Shown in pieces: positions 1 to 13,609 of a DNA stretch of 64,000 bases. The DNA lies in the NCBI GenBank assembly GCA_002104945.1, contig MCFH01000012.1, positions 744,001-808,000 on the forward strand, written 5' to 3'. Source of the DNA: Piromyces finnis finn (Eukaryota; Fungi; Neocallimastigomycota). Position 1 is the stretch's first letter. Every line of letters starts with the position of its first letter. The notes beneath the pieces are model-generated. The model had not been told where the DNA came from. It ran no database searches and saw nothing but the letters and a program-made list of their open reading frames with translations. The position numbers and the translations under genes are program-made.

Positions 1-2959
1 TTCACTATCATTATCGAATTCATATCTATTTATTTCTCTTGGTGTTATGATCATATTATTCATAGGTTCTACATCTTGTGTTTTTATTTTAGATATTTGA
101 TTCTTGATTGGCCTGTTACTATTGTTTGTATCATCACCCGATTTAACTAACAAAAAAAAAAAAAAATTTATAAAAGAATAGAATATAATTTTATTATTTT
201 ATTCGTTATAAAAATTGTGGTTCAACCAAATAACTATAGAATAATTATGTCTATCTATATTTATTATTCTAAAATCATTCTACTATTAATTTGATAGTTA
301 CGGTAAATATTATCGGTACTAGCAGTAATTTCATTAACATTTTTATTTATATTTTCTTCTACAATGGAATTCATTAAATTATCATTTGATACATTTGCGA
401 CATTATCTTGCTTTTTAATTAATGCGATATCATTTATTTTTGTTTTTGATAATAAATTACTATTTTTTGACATAGTAACTTTAAGTTTGGTTAAACTTTC
501 CGATAATTTGGTATCTTTTTATTAAAGTCATTAATGTTATTATTGTTATTGTTGTCGGTTGGTGGATTGGTTGATTTGAATTTTAGTTTTTTATATAAAA
601 TATTATTAAATATAAAAAATAAATAAATATTGGTAAAGAGAACAAAAGTATGAACAGCATAGGAATATATTTAAACTTACTTTGTGGACATAATATATAT
701 AATCTTTTTAATGAAGTTCTCAATAAAATTTTATATTGAACAAACTGGGATATAAATTGAAATTCTGATGACAAATTAGAGATTGCAATATTTTGTGCTT
801 TTACACATCCTGGACATATTAGTATGATACCATTATTATCTGTTTTAACACGAAAACCAGAGATTTCTTTTTTTTCATTGATCAGTGATTTACTACATGA
901 AGTACATTTAAAACATTTGGAATGCCATCTATAATTATTATTCGCTATACAATCTTCCAATATGTATTGTTTACAAAAACTACAATATTCTGTATTTATT
1001 ATGTCCATTTCATTTTCTAACTCTTTATCATATCTTGAAAAGAAAGATAGATCTTTTTGGGTGTCCTCAATTTCAACTATATGATTTAAGAAATTTTCCA
1101 TTTCATTTGGTTGATTATATATATATTCCTATATATATTTTTTGTTAAAGGAGAGGTAATTATTATTGATTAGTTAAAGAAAAAATTAAAATAGAAAAAT
1201 AAAAGTAAAGGTTATCCTTTTATATATATATACAAAAAGGAAAAAGGAGGGGACAAAAATAGATTTATAAAATTTATAAAATAAAAAAAAATATTAAAAA
1301 ATTTACTAATTTAATAACGCAATTTAAAGCTGTTCTTATTAAAAGTTTCAAGGTTTGGGCTAATAGATTAATTAGTGATAAAAATTCTTTTGTATAATCA
1401 TGTGAAATTGTGGTAGAATGAGTAATGGTTGAAAAAAAGTATATTATTTTTCGAACTAATTTTTTAGGTTCATCTTCTAAATGTAATCCGGTAGTATCGT
1501 TGAATTGACACATTTTTTTTTCGATTTCGTCCAATGCATTAAAAAGAACTTCAATGTGAAATACAAATGTTTTTGCTTGTTCTATTTCATGATCAATTGA
1601 ATTACTATTAACGTAATTTAATAATTTTTCTACACATTGTGCTGCTGATTCTCTATATATTTTAAGAATGGACCAAACCCTTGCTATTCTTTCTTCCATC
1701 CTATTTTTATCATCAAGTTCCTCTATATTACACAAATAGATTATATAATTAACAAAATATTTAAGTTTATTATTTTTAAAAATGAATGGTGATTTGAAAA
1801 AAAAAAAAAAAAAAAAACAATAATAATAATCATTATTATAAAAAGTATAATTTCTTAAATACATATATATATATATCTATATATAACTATACGTATTATA
1901 TATTACCTTCAATACTTGAATATTTTTTGGGTGGAACATACTCCGGAACCATACGAACATTCCATGCCTAAAAATAAAAATAATCAATTATATTTGGAGG
2001 GGGGGATAAATTGAAATAATAATAATAAAATAAAAAAAAAATTTTTTTATTATAATGCTGATTAAAATAAGAATAGTTTTTATAAAATATTTCTATGATT
2101 TTTGATATTTAATCCTTTTTTGTATATAAGAATAAAGATGTTTTTTTTTTTTCGTTTTTATTTGAATGTAAATGTAAATATATTACTTTATAAATGTTAT
2201 AGCAATCAAGATGTAGTATTTCTATTGTTTTCGTTTTTATATTATTATGTTCAACGTATTGTTGTAATACCGGGATTCTACAACTTCCACATTTTTGAGC
2301 GAAATATTGAAAAAAATCCTTTTGACAATAAACATCACCATCATGTTCAAAGTACATAGATTCAGATCTTAAATCTTTTGAACATTTAGCACAACAAAAA
2401 TGTTCAACATGATATTTTTTTCCAATAGCATTAATATGAATATCTAATATAGCTTTTCCACACTTTGCACATACGAAATCTAAACGTTTATAATAATCAT
2501 TTTCACATAAAGGGCGAAAAGTTCCATCGTCCATTTTATAGGTGAAGAATTTCGATAAACAAATTTCTTTACAATCCTATATTTCGTTATATTGTTTATT
2601 TTTTTTTATATGTTGTCATTATTTATTTAATATTTTTATATTTTGTGTGTATAAAAGTATTATTAAATTAAAAAAGTATGGAATTATTTTTAAAAAAAAA
2701 AAATAAAAAATATTATTATAAAATTGAATTTGAATTAGTATTTCTAATAAATAATGAAATAAAGTTGAAATATAAAAAAGAAAATACTATTTACCACACA
2801 ACGAAAGCAATCTAAATGGAACACACCATCCATTGCCGTTATATATGAACCTTTAATAGGTTTTTTACATTCTATACAATATTTTGATTTATCGTTTAAA
2901 TTTGATAAATTTGAATTTTTATTCAAATTTAAACTACTATTTGACGGTAGTGTTTCCAT
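1..2959 (-). CDS. LRG1: LIM-domain protein of the fungal Lrg1 RhoGAP family, 5' part only (continues past the left edge). Exons approx. 2959-2795, 2576-2187, 1967-1907, 1722-1307, 1128-681, 514-~290, ~146-1
   Basis: Spliced product has repeated LIM zinc-finger motifs (CIECKKPI...FHLDCFRCVDC; CAKCGKAI...YHVEHFCCAKC; CGSCRIPV...HLDC; CSFCKQYI...WHSKCFKCTSC). It also has the Lrg1-type helical blocks AWNVR, MEERIARVWSIL, EPKKLVRKIIYFFS and LAQTLKLLIR. GT-AG junctions keep the frame. The RhoGAP domain is not inside the window and is inferred from the family. Confidence 0.8.
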
Positions 2960-4633
2960 ACTTATTGTTTTATTATTATAGTTAGTATATTGAAGTATAT
3001 TAAATTGAATAATAGAATTTTAAATTTATTTTTGAATTTAATTATTTGATTCTTTAATTGTATTTATATTTTTTATTTATTCACTAAATTATGTAGATAT
3101 AAAATGTATGTTTGTATGGGTATATAATAATATATATATGTATATATATAAAAATTAGTAAGAAATATTAATATTGCTTCATTACAATGTAAAGTTAAAA
3201 AATGAATAAATAAAAAATTAAAATAATTTTTTTTTGGATAATTAATATACAAGGCTATAACTAAAAAAAAAAAAAAAAGTAAATTGTCTTTTCTTTCTCT
3301 CTCTCTCCTTAACTATTATTCTTTTTTTTTTTTTATTTATTTATTTATTTAATATAGATTTTTTTTATGATTTAATTTTCTCCCAAAACTTTGTTTTTTT
3401 TTTCAAGGTATTAGTCATAAAATGAATGAATGTTTTTACTTTTTATAAAATATTTTTGAGAATAAACAATGACACCTTTTTCTTTTTTCATATATATATA
3501 CATATATAAAATGATTTGAATTTTTCTTTATTATTACATATAATAATTTCAATAAAGAATAAACTAATTTTAAATAAATAAATAAAAAAAAAAAAGTTGT
3601 ATTTTAACGTTGATATACAGCTTGGGAGATAAAATATTTTTATCTTTATTTGAAATGAAATATTTACTTTGTTTTTTTTTTTTTCTTTTTAATTATTTGT
3701 TATTTATTGTTATTTATTGTTTTTTGTGTTGTTGTTATTTGTTGTTCTTGCTGCCTTTTTTTTTTCCAAAAAAAAAAAAACAAAAGAGAGGTGTTGAGAT
3801 GGTTATACACTTTTTGCTTTATTTACATTTAGACTTTTAAATATAAAAAAAAAAAAAAAAAAAATTTAAGGACTTTTTTTGTTTTTATTAAAATATAAAT
3901 TTTTAATATAAAAAAAGAATATTAATTTTTTATTAAAAAAAATAAACAATTTGAAAAGAAAAAAAAAAACGTTTTTATTATTAATGCTAGTTACAAGGAT
4001 TAAAAAAATAAAAAGGACTATTGACTATTAATCATAATATTTAATCATAACAATACAAAAGAAAAAAAAAAAAAAGAATTATTTATGAAATAGATGGTTA
4101 TTCAATCGATTACAAAATTATAAAAATTTAGAGATACATAGAATCGATGAAAAAAAAGTTAATAACCCTTTTTAGTTTGATTTAACGTCTTTTTTTTTTA
4201 GAAAAAAAAAAGTATGACTACTTTTTGAATTAATTAAAATAGTGATAACCGATATTTTCTTTTAAACATTGCATTTAACACGACCTTTATTTTGGAGGTA
4301 TTATATAAGGGATTTGATTCAATATTCAATCATTAAAATAGATTATATTTTTCACATGGATAGGATAACATAACACCAAAGATTTAATGTTTTTTCTTTC
4401 TTTCTTTCTATACCTATACCATAAAATTACTTTTATATCCTTTTTTTTAAAAAAAAAAAGGCTCTCTAAAAGTTTTTCTGTTCAAATTTTAGATTTTCTA
4501 AATATTATTGAATATTAACATGGATATAAATAATGGATCACCTCCCCTACATCCCATATTAAAATAAAGATTTCATCGAATAATACCAGAAAAAAAAAAG
4601 TTCATTACTTATTTTACTTTGTTTTTTATTTTA

Positions 4634-4679
<46 letters not shown>

Positions 4680-5039
4680 GTAATATTAAGATGCTCTAGC
4701 AAAAAAAAAAGTTTTGTTTATTTATTATACATTTATTTAATTATTATTGATTCATTCATTTATATATATAAAATAAGTTTATTTATTTAAATAGTATTTA
4801 TTCATTCATTTACTTATGATAAATTATTTATTTTAAGATGGTAAAATGTATCCAAAATCTAATGATGTTTATATTAAATATATATTAGATTATATTTAAA
4901 TATATTTCAATATAAATTAAATTTTAAATTCTAAAAAAGTTTAATTATTATAAAAATGAAATTAAAAAAAAAAAAACACTTTTCAACATAAAAAAAAAAA
5001 AACAAGGAAAGATATATATATAATAAAATTTTCTTAAGA

Positions 5040-5355
5040 ATGATAATACTTATGAAGTTACTTGTTTTAATTATTTTTACTTTTGTATGTGTAAATAATA
5101 AAGTTGTTAAAAGAGAAGTTCAACTTGATATCAATGAAAATAATGCAATGGCAGATCAGGAATGTCAGTATGATTTAAGCATAGAGTTTTTCACTGAAAT
5201 AACTATTAATAAAACGAACCAATAATGAAAACATTTTCTTTTATTTATAGTATAACATTATATAGAATAAGTATATTCTTTGATTAAAGACTTGGTATTG
5301 AATTTGTAGTTGATGTGCATACTTTTTAGAAGCAACAAATACTAGGTAAACCTAG
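5040..5355 (+). pseudogene. Possible decayed gene for a secreted protein
   Basis: Signal-peptide-like start MKLLVLIIFTFVCV followed by VVKR. A GTATGA donor at 5168 and an acceptor at 5250 join to a frame ITLYRISIFFD*RLGIEFVVDVHTF*KQQILGKP with two in-frame stops (TAA 5285, TAG 5327), ending at a GTATGG donor (5356). Family not recognised. Confidence 0.3.
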
Positions 5356-6141
5356 GTATGGCTAGTGAAGAATTAAAAAAAAAAAAAAAGACAATATTAT
5401 AATGATAATTAGTTAAAAGAATAAAATAGTTTATTCAATCAAATATAAGAATGCAATGAATGCAATGGTAATGAATCTTTAGAGTTTATTATACTTTTTT
5501 TATTATTATTATTAGAATTTTAACAAATAAAAATTCTACACTTGATAATCATGGAAAATTGAACATATTTTATAGTTTAAATTGTTGGATACTTTTAAAG
5601 TTGAATAAAAAAAAATCATTTTCTTTTTAAATATCATTTCCTATTGAGATTATTAAAATACTATTACACATTAGGTTTTTAATTGAAAAATAACAATACT
5701 TATTATTCTAATAGAACTTTTTTTTTTTTTTTCAAATACTGAATTCATAGAAATAGAATAATGAAATAATAAAAATCTTGTTTTATTTTTACACTGATAT
5801 CTTTATTCCTGTATATTGATTAAGTTTTTAAAATTTGGATAAACTTTATTCCTTTAATTGCCTATATAAATGTATTTATTTTGATTAAAATAGAGTAGAA
5901 ATTTTATAATTTTAAAATTATAATTAATTGAAATAAAAAGAATACAATGTAATGAAAGTTGTTATGTTCATATTTTTTTTTTTTTAATCCTTTAAATATT
6001 CAATCTATAATCATATTTATCTCTCTTTTTTAAAAAAAAAAATATTATATATATATATATAAACTAATATATACTAAACTAATATGATGTTCTACTTTTA
6101 ATTTTTACATTTATTTCGTTAAAAAATATTTCCAATTACCA

Positions 6142-6221
6142 ATTATTTTGATAATTGACTATAAAAGTATTTATTCCTTTTATTATTTTGATGATTGATT
6201 ATAAAAGTATTCATTCCTTAT
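6142..6221. repeat. Imperfect tandem duplication, 2 x ~40 bp
   Basis: attattttgataattgactataaaagtatttattcctttt is followed by attattttgatgattgattataaaagtattcattccttat. Confidence 0.8.
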
Positions 6222-6666
6222 TTCAAAGGTATAATTTTAAATGATTATTCACCTCATTCTTATACAAGGATAAACTTCTTAACACGATAATATATATGTT
6301 ACATATATTAAAACCTAAAACTATTACTATAAATAGTTGAGCCTAATGAATTAATAATTACTTTTTTTTTTATTTCAAAAAAAAAAAAAAAAACAATTTT
6401 TCACAAGAGCAATTATTTATAAATTAAAGGAAATGACTTCATAAAAAACTATTATTTAAATAAATACTATTGTTATTCCAATAATAAAGATTATTATTAA
6501 TATTTGTATAGATAGATAGAAAAAAGGATAATAAAAAAACAATCATTCCTCAAACTATATATTTGCTTAAAAAAATTATTTTCTTTATACATTACAACTA
6601 TACTATACTTTTTTTCAATTGAATAATCTTTATATTGTTACTGTCTTTTTTATTACTATATCAATT

Positions 6667-6787
6667 TATACATTCATAATTACTAATGCCTTTTTTTTTT
6701 TTTTACTCATTTACATATTACTTGGGTATACATTCATAATTACTAATGCCTTTTTTTTTTTTTTTACTCATTTACATATTACTTGGG
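6667..6787. repeat. Near-perfect tandem duplication, 60 + 61 bp
   Basis: tatacattcataattactaatgcc(T)nactcatttacatattacttggg occurs twice back to back; the copies differ only in poly-T length. Confidence 0.9.
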
Positions 6788-6949
6788 AAAAATACTTGAT
6801 AATTATTATAAAAATAATTTTTTTTTTTATAGTATAATCGTTGGCATATTTTATTAAAATACATATTAAATTTAAATATTTTATAAAGAGAATTGAAATT
6901 GGGTATATTAATTAAATATTATTGTGATAAATATATATGTAAAATATTT

Positions 6950-7844
6950 TTAAATGGTGTTATTTAATTTTGATGGGGGAACCATTCCTTTGGATACTCT
7001 ATAGTACACTATTGAAGAATCCGATGATAAAATTGCATATATTATACTTTTAAAAAATAAATTTATTTTTAGAAAGAAAAAAAAAAAGTTATTAAAATTT
7101 AAAAAAGTATTAAACATTATAATTTAGATACATATTGATATACCTTGAAATGTCTTTTAATTCAACAAAAGTTTTATTCAGCCTTTTTTAAAAAAATAAA
7201 AAGTTAATTTTTCATATAATCATTATATATGTATAAATTTTATAATTAATTACGTTTCAATAGACCAAGTTTCATTTATCCCCATTGGAATTACAATACT
7301 ATTTTCATTCTAATAAAATAGATATCAACCATTATTATCCATACCAAAAAAAAGGAAAGAAATCAGCAATTTTTCAATTTATCTCTTTAAAAAAGTAATT
7401 TTTTCTTTTTTTAAAAAAATAATAAAAAATATAAACCTCTTTTGGATTTTTAACTTCAAATGCAATTGTTTTTAACTCTTTAACATCAATAAAATTTTTA
7501 ATTTCATATTTTTTTACTATAAAAAAATGTAATAAAAGTTTATCAATAAAGGTAAACAATAAATACATTTAAAATAACTATTTACTTTTTAAAAATATAT
7601 ACCTAGACATAAATCCAAATAAGTTTGAAATATATTATATGACTTTAATGGATACTTTTCACAATATTCTTTGACATTACTATACTTTTTTTTTTTTTAA
7701 TACCGTAGTAATAGTTGAAATTAGTTAAAGAAATTACAATTCTTATTTTTCATTTTTCATTTATACATATTATCCCATTTCCTTATTCTATAAAAACTAT
7801 TTAAAAAATATAAAAAAAAAACCTACCATCGGATTTTTCTCCAT
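6950..7844 (-). CDS. SEN15: tRNA-splicing endonuclease subunit Sen15, 6 exons (7844-7827, 7684-7603, 7516-7437, 7309-7254, 7182-7144, 7046-6950), 123 aa
   Basis: Exons sum to 372 nt in frame: MEKNPMYSNVKEYCEKYPLKSYNIFQTYLDLCLVKKYEIK...IVIPMGINETWSIE...IIYAILSSDSSIVYYRVSKGMVPP. FQTYLDL and the C-terminal AILSSDSSIVYYRVSKGMVPP match Sen15 hallmarks as I recall them. Confidence 0.88.
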
Positions 7845-8903
7845 TTTTTCTTTTTTTTTTTTCAAAAAAGTTTATTCAATTCTTGACTTTCTTTTTTTTT
7901 TAAAAAAAAAAAATAAACTTTTTACCCTCACAAAAAAATTAAAAATCTTTTGTTTCACCAATAAAAAAAAATTTCAAAAAAAAAAAATAAAATAAAAACT
8001 TTTAAAAAGGACAGTTCAAAAAAAGTAAAAGCAAAAGCAAAACTTGAAATTATCATTTCACTATGCTAATAATGCAATCTTTCTTTTTTTTATTTTTTTT
8101 ATAGATAAAACTAGAGTACGCGATTTTACAAACTTTTTAGATGTTCAAGTTTCCAAGGATTAAAATTTTATTTTTAAAAAAAGAGATATTCAACTCAATA
8201 AAATAATGGAACCTTTTTCCCTATTAATTAATAAAAACTTTAACTATATTTATAGAAAAATTAAAAAGATAAATTTTACATTTTTTTTAAATATTAATTA
8301 CATATAGAATAGTTCTATAAAATCATCTATACTTTATATCACATTACCTCTAATCAAACTTTTTTTATTAGGATTTTTCTTGAAGGGGACTATTTTTATC
8401 CACTATAAAAAAAAAAAAAAAAAAGAGGACCTCTTTAAATTTTACAATTCATTATAAAGGTTAATCATTACTATTTTTCTTTTCTTCTTTTCAACATATT
8501 CTTGCCGTTTTAATTATATACCTATATATATATATATTTTTCTTCTTTTCCTTCTTCTTATTTTTTTAAAAGTAAAAAAAAATCATCATTAAAATTATTA
8601 TTGAAAATTAGTTTTTTTTTTTTTTTATTTTTGTTTTTTATTTCTAAAATATATATATTCTTTCATAAAGGAAAAATCAATCATAATCTATAGAATTATG
8701 TTCAATAGTACATTATATATCATATCCTATTATTAAAGACTTTTTATGATATTTTTTTTTTTTTTGTAGAATATTTTAAGAAATAATAAAATATAGTTAA
8801 AAATTTTAAACTTTTTTCATTTTTTCTTCTATAGCCTATATAGAATAAAAAGAAAAGAAAAAAAAACTATATAATATATAAAAGAAAAGAAAAAATTAAA
8901 AGT

Positions 8904-10527
8904 ATGGATATAATTGACGATATAGAAACCACAGATACTTTGACATTAGAAACATCAAATTTTAATATTTTAAATAATAATGTGGAAATTAATAATGAAG
9001 AGGTAGAAAAACAAAATTTGATGGAAACAACTCAATTTAAAAATCAAAATTTTGTTAAAAGTAATAATGATAATGATACCTTGGAAAATAAGGATTCTAA
9101 TATTGATATTGATAATGATAATGATAATCTTGTCAGTCCATCGACTTTTGCAAATTTACCTTCTCCATCTAATCCACAATCAATTAACCTTCCCATCATT
9201 ATTAATAAAAAAGATGAACAAAATATTAAAAGAAAGAAAGAAAATCATTTACGCAAGTCACTTGATGAATTAACATATTCCAGGGATCAAGAAAAATTTA
9301 TCTATTACCTATATAATTTGCCAAATGAATTATTAATTCAAATCGCTATTTTATTAGATTTAAAATCTTTAGGTCGTATGTGTCAACTCTCAAAATTCTT
9401 TTGTGACTTACTATATTCAACCGAAGAACTCTGGGAAAATTTAAATTTATCAAAAAAAAATACAATTGGAGGTAAAAAAAATACATATATATATATATAT
9501 TTTATAATATTTAGAACTATATATGTACTATTTGCAATACAAAAAAATAAAAGTAGATAAAAAAATAATATAGATAATATAAATGAGATCTATTCATTCA
9601 TCCTAAAATGCAATAAAAATATTTGTTTAAAAAAAAATATAACTATGAGAATATAAATACTAATTATAAATATATATTCATAATTAAATATTTATATATA
9701 ATTAATATCAAAGGTGGAAAATATGATAATGATTATCCTATTCATGATAATTTAAAATTTCTTTTAGATAATCCAGAAAGAAATCGTCGTTTTTATTCAT
9801 TAAAAAAAATTGATTTATCAATTACGTATATTAGTGATTTATCCATTTTTGAAAGAGATGAAGTATTAAATTGTTGTTCTAAACTTACAAGAATAAATCT
9901 TACCTCGTGTAAACATATTGATTCCTTTTCCATTTATTACTTAAAAAAATTACCTTGCCTTGATACCTTGGATTTATGTTATTGTGATCAAATTAATAAT
10001 CTCTCCCTAAAAATTATTGCCGATTATTTACCAAATTTAAAACATCTTGATCTTTCGTATCTTTCAAATATTACCGAAGGGGGATTAAGACATTTATTAA
10101 AATTACCGGAACTCGAAACAGTAAAAGTATTGGGTTGTTTTCAAATACGTAGCTATTTTTGGAGTTATTTAGGAGATTTTGGAAATAGAGGTATTTTACC
10201 CATTCGAAAATTAGTAATCGGTGAACATGGTATGTAAATTTATATCCAATCTTTAAAAATAAATATATATTTCATAAATTACTTTTTTTTTTATTCCTTA
10301 AAAAAAATTAGTAGATGAAAAAAAAATTCATAATTATTATTATGGTTTCAAGCTTTTTTTTTTTTTAAATTACAAAATATATTTAAATCATTTTTATTTT
10401 GAATAATACAATATATAGGAAAATCTCAATTTAGACTTCCAAAATTCTGTGTTTGGAGAATGAATGATTTAGTAAATCATTGCCCATTATTAGAATCCTT
10501 ATCACTTGATGTAAAATATCACACCAA

Positions 10528-10561
<34 letters not shown>

Positions 10562-12484
10562 GTAATAATAATAATAATAGCATAGAATATTAAAAGATTA
10601 ATTATGTTAATATATATATATGCATATACACATGATGGATTATATTAATTATAATAAAAAAATTGTTTATTTTATTTAGATGGTGTTAATTGACTGGACA
10701 AATAATAGTTTAAAAACATTAATCAATGGATGTACAAAACTTAAAGAATTAAGCTTATTACTTTATGAAAGTGCATGGGGTATAACTAATTTTATTTTAT
10801 TCTATCTATCTACATAAGACTTTTAAAAAATAAATAAATATCTATTAATATACAATTTATAATATATATACTATTATAATAATTATTACGAAAAATATAA
10901 TAATAAAAAAAAAAAGATTCCTTTAAAGATTCTGCTCAAGAATTAGAAAAATTAGAAAAATTAGAAATAACGATTCATTGTGGTTTATCTATTACAGAGG
11001 AGGCTATTGAACATATTTGTAAACCAAATGTTCAATGTATTCGATTTATACAAAAAGCTTCCATTTTTGATTCTAATATTCTACTTTCTAAAATTCATTC
11101 TAAATGTAAATCAATAAAAAGTGTTGAAATAAACGGTTTCAACATTAAAGAGGACGGTGTTAACTATCTTTCAAAATTAAAAGATTCACTGGAAGAATTA
11201 TCATTGTACGAACCTTTTACAAATAATAACTTATTAACAGTGTTATCGGAAATGAAACTTAAAGATTTAAATTTATCCGATATAAAAAAGACCAGTTTTT
11301 CCAATCATTTTAAAAAATTATTTAGAGGAAATAAAATAAAAAGAAAACCTAAAATGCTTCTTTACGATCCAATTGCTAATGCGAAACAAGAAAATACCAA
11401 TTTTAAAAATAAAATCATTAAGGGAAAGAAAAATTATAATACAATTATACATCCTGTCATTCAATATGAGGGTACTGTATTAGCTAATAATATTATAGAA
11501 TTAGAATTGAATTCAAAAGAACCCTTCCAAGATACCGATCTACAAAATATTGGGCTATACTGTAAATCGTTACGTTGGATATCATTATCCTTCCCTAATA
11601 CCTATCCTAAAACAATTAGCTCTCTTATTAATTGTCCCGAATTAGTCATTGTACAACTTTCTGTAACTCAACCTCAACCGATTCAAAGGGTTGATTCCGA
11701 TTCTGATTCAAACTTTGATTCCGACTCAGAATTAGAAAATAATGATAATGTGCATGAGGTTAACCGAAGTCTTCGTGTACAAAATAATGAAGAAGAAGAA
11801 GAAGAAGAAAGGGAGGAGGAGGAAAATCGTCGTCGTCGTCGTCATCATCATCATCGTAACAATACTAATAGAGATGAAAATGTATCCCTATACAGAAAAA
11901 AATCGAAAAAATCAACAAAAATCATACCAATAAAGTATAAAGCATCCTCTCCAGAATGTCAATCACTTATAACCTTTTCACACTACGGTAAAAAAATACG
12001 ATTCCTTCAATTATCTGGTCCTATTGGACTCACTGATTATACACTATCGCATATTTCTCATCTTGTTAGTCTTAATACTTTTTGGATTAAAGAATGTCAT
12101 GATTTTACCTTTGATGGTCTATGTAAATTTTCAGAAATGAAATGGAAGGTATGTAAATTACATTTTTAATAGAAATTAATATTGACATAGAGTTAAAAAC
12201 CCATCTTTGACTCTATATAAATTATATATATATATTTATATATATACATATATGTGTGTGTGTAATTACCTTTAATTCTACCTAAAATATTTTCTTTTTT
12301 TTTTTTTTTTTATATAAATAATACTAATTTTTTTTTATTTTATTTTTTATAATATAAACAAAAATAATAGACACTAAAACGTTTTATAATTACAGATTGT
12401 AAAAATGTAGAGGATGATATTCAACAAAAAGTTCATATTATTAAAGATTTAGAAATTGATCTAATTATAGAAAATAAGGATTGA
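8904..12484 (+). CDS. F-box / leucine-rich-repeat protein (FBXL-like), 6 exons (approx. 8904-9471, 9714-10229, 10419-10510, 10680-10779, 10917-12148, 12369-12484)
   Basis: F-box motif LYNLPNELLIQIAILLDLKSLGRMCQLSKFF...EELW. It is followed by cysteine-containing LRRs (LTRINLTSCKHI, LDTLDLCYCDQI, LKHLDLSYLSNIT, LETVKVLGCFQI). Junctions keep the frame to TGA at 12482-12484. Confidence 0.85.
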
Positions 12485-13609
12485 AAATTATCAAAAATCT
12501 AATATTTACAAACTATATATAATATATTATTATTATTAAAATTTAATTTGTAATGTATTTTTTATTAGTTTTTATTTGAACAAGAATAACAAACAACCAT
12601 TTTTTTTTCTATAATAAATTAATTTTTTTTATTATATAGTAATAGAATAATCAATAGAAGTAGTTATTTATACCATCAAATGTAATAATAATATAATAAT
12701 AGAAAGTATAAAAATATTTTATTTAAATTATTTATATAAAAAAAAAAAAGATATTTTTTAAAAATGTTAAATAGTTTTTTTGTATTATGAAATGTAAAAT
12801 ATTTTATATATTTGTAAAAAAAAAAAAGTTTACTATCGTAATAATTAGATAAATAGTTTTGAAAAAACAAAAAAAAAAAAAAAAAACTTTAGAATAAAAT
12901 AAAATTTTTGGAGAAAAAAAAAACTTTTTATCTAAACATGATAATTCTTTAATTATTAATGCTTGATTTGGATCCCTGATATGTTTTATCCTTTGTCTAA
13001 AGACATTAATATTTAATATATAGTTTAAGGGGGAAAAAAAAGTATATACATTTATTTTATAAATATAGAAAAAATAGTATGTCTTTTATATATTTGTTTG
13101 TTTGTTTATTTATTTATATATATGTTTTTTGTTTTTTGTTTTTTGTTTTTTTTTGGTATTTTTGCTTTTGATTTTGTTGTTTTGGTTTAAAGCATTAATA
13201 TATACAGTAAATATAAAAAGGATAAAAAAAATATAAATACATATATTTGATTGATAAATAACAAAAAAAAAAACTTATATGATATAGTTTTTTCTTATAA
13301 AAATAAAACTATACAATAATTGAATAGATATCATGTTTTCTTATTATTATGTATATATATATATATATATGACTTTATATATACAAAAAAAAAGTTCATC
13401 TTAATGTATTAATTAAAAAAAAATGAAAAATTAAATGATATTTAATAATGAAAAGGATAATGAATGAGATATTCAATTAATTAAATCCATCTTTAATAAA
13501 GTATAGATTAATTAATTACAATGAATTTAAATTAATGAAAAAAAAAAAAATAAAAATATAATGGTTATTAGTTTCAAAAAAAAAAAATAAAAAAAAGCAA
13601 AATAAAAAA

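Noticed and set aside
3610-3840. Hydrophobic F/L/Y/C-rich ORFs here and at 6619, 12676, 27148, 28337 and 48762
   Set aside because: Composition is explained by T-rich or A-rich non-coding sequence; no splice or motif support.
8115-8130. Rare ACGCG motif in the SEN15/F-box divergent gap
   Set aside because: Single, imperfect match to MCB/SCB elements; chance cannot be excluded.
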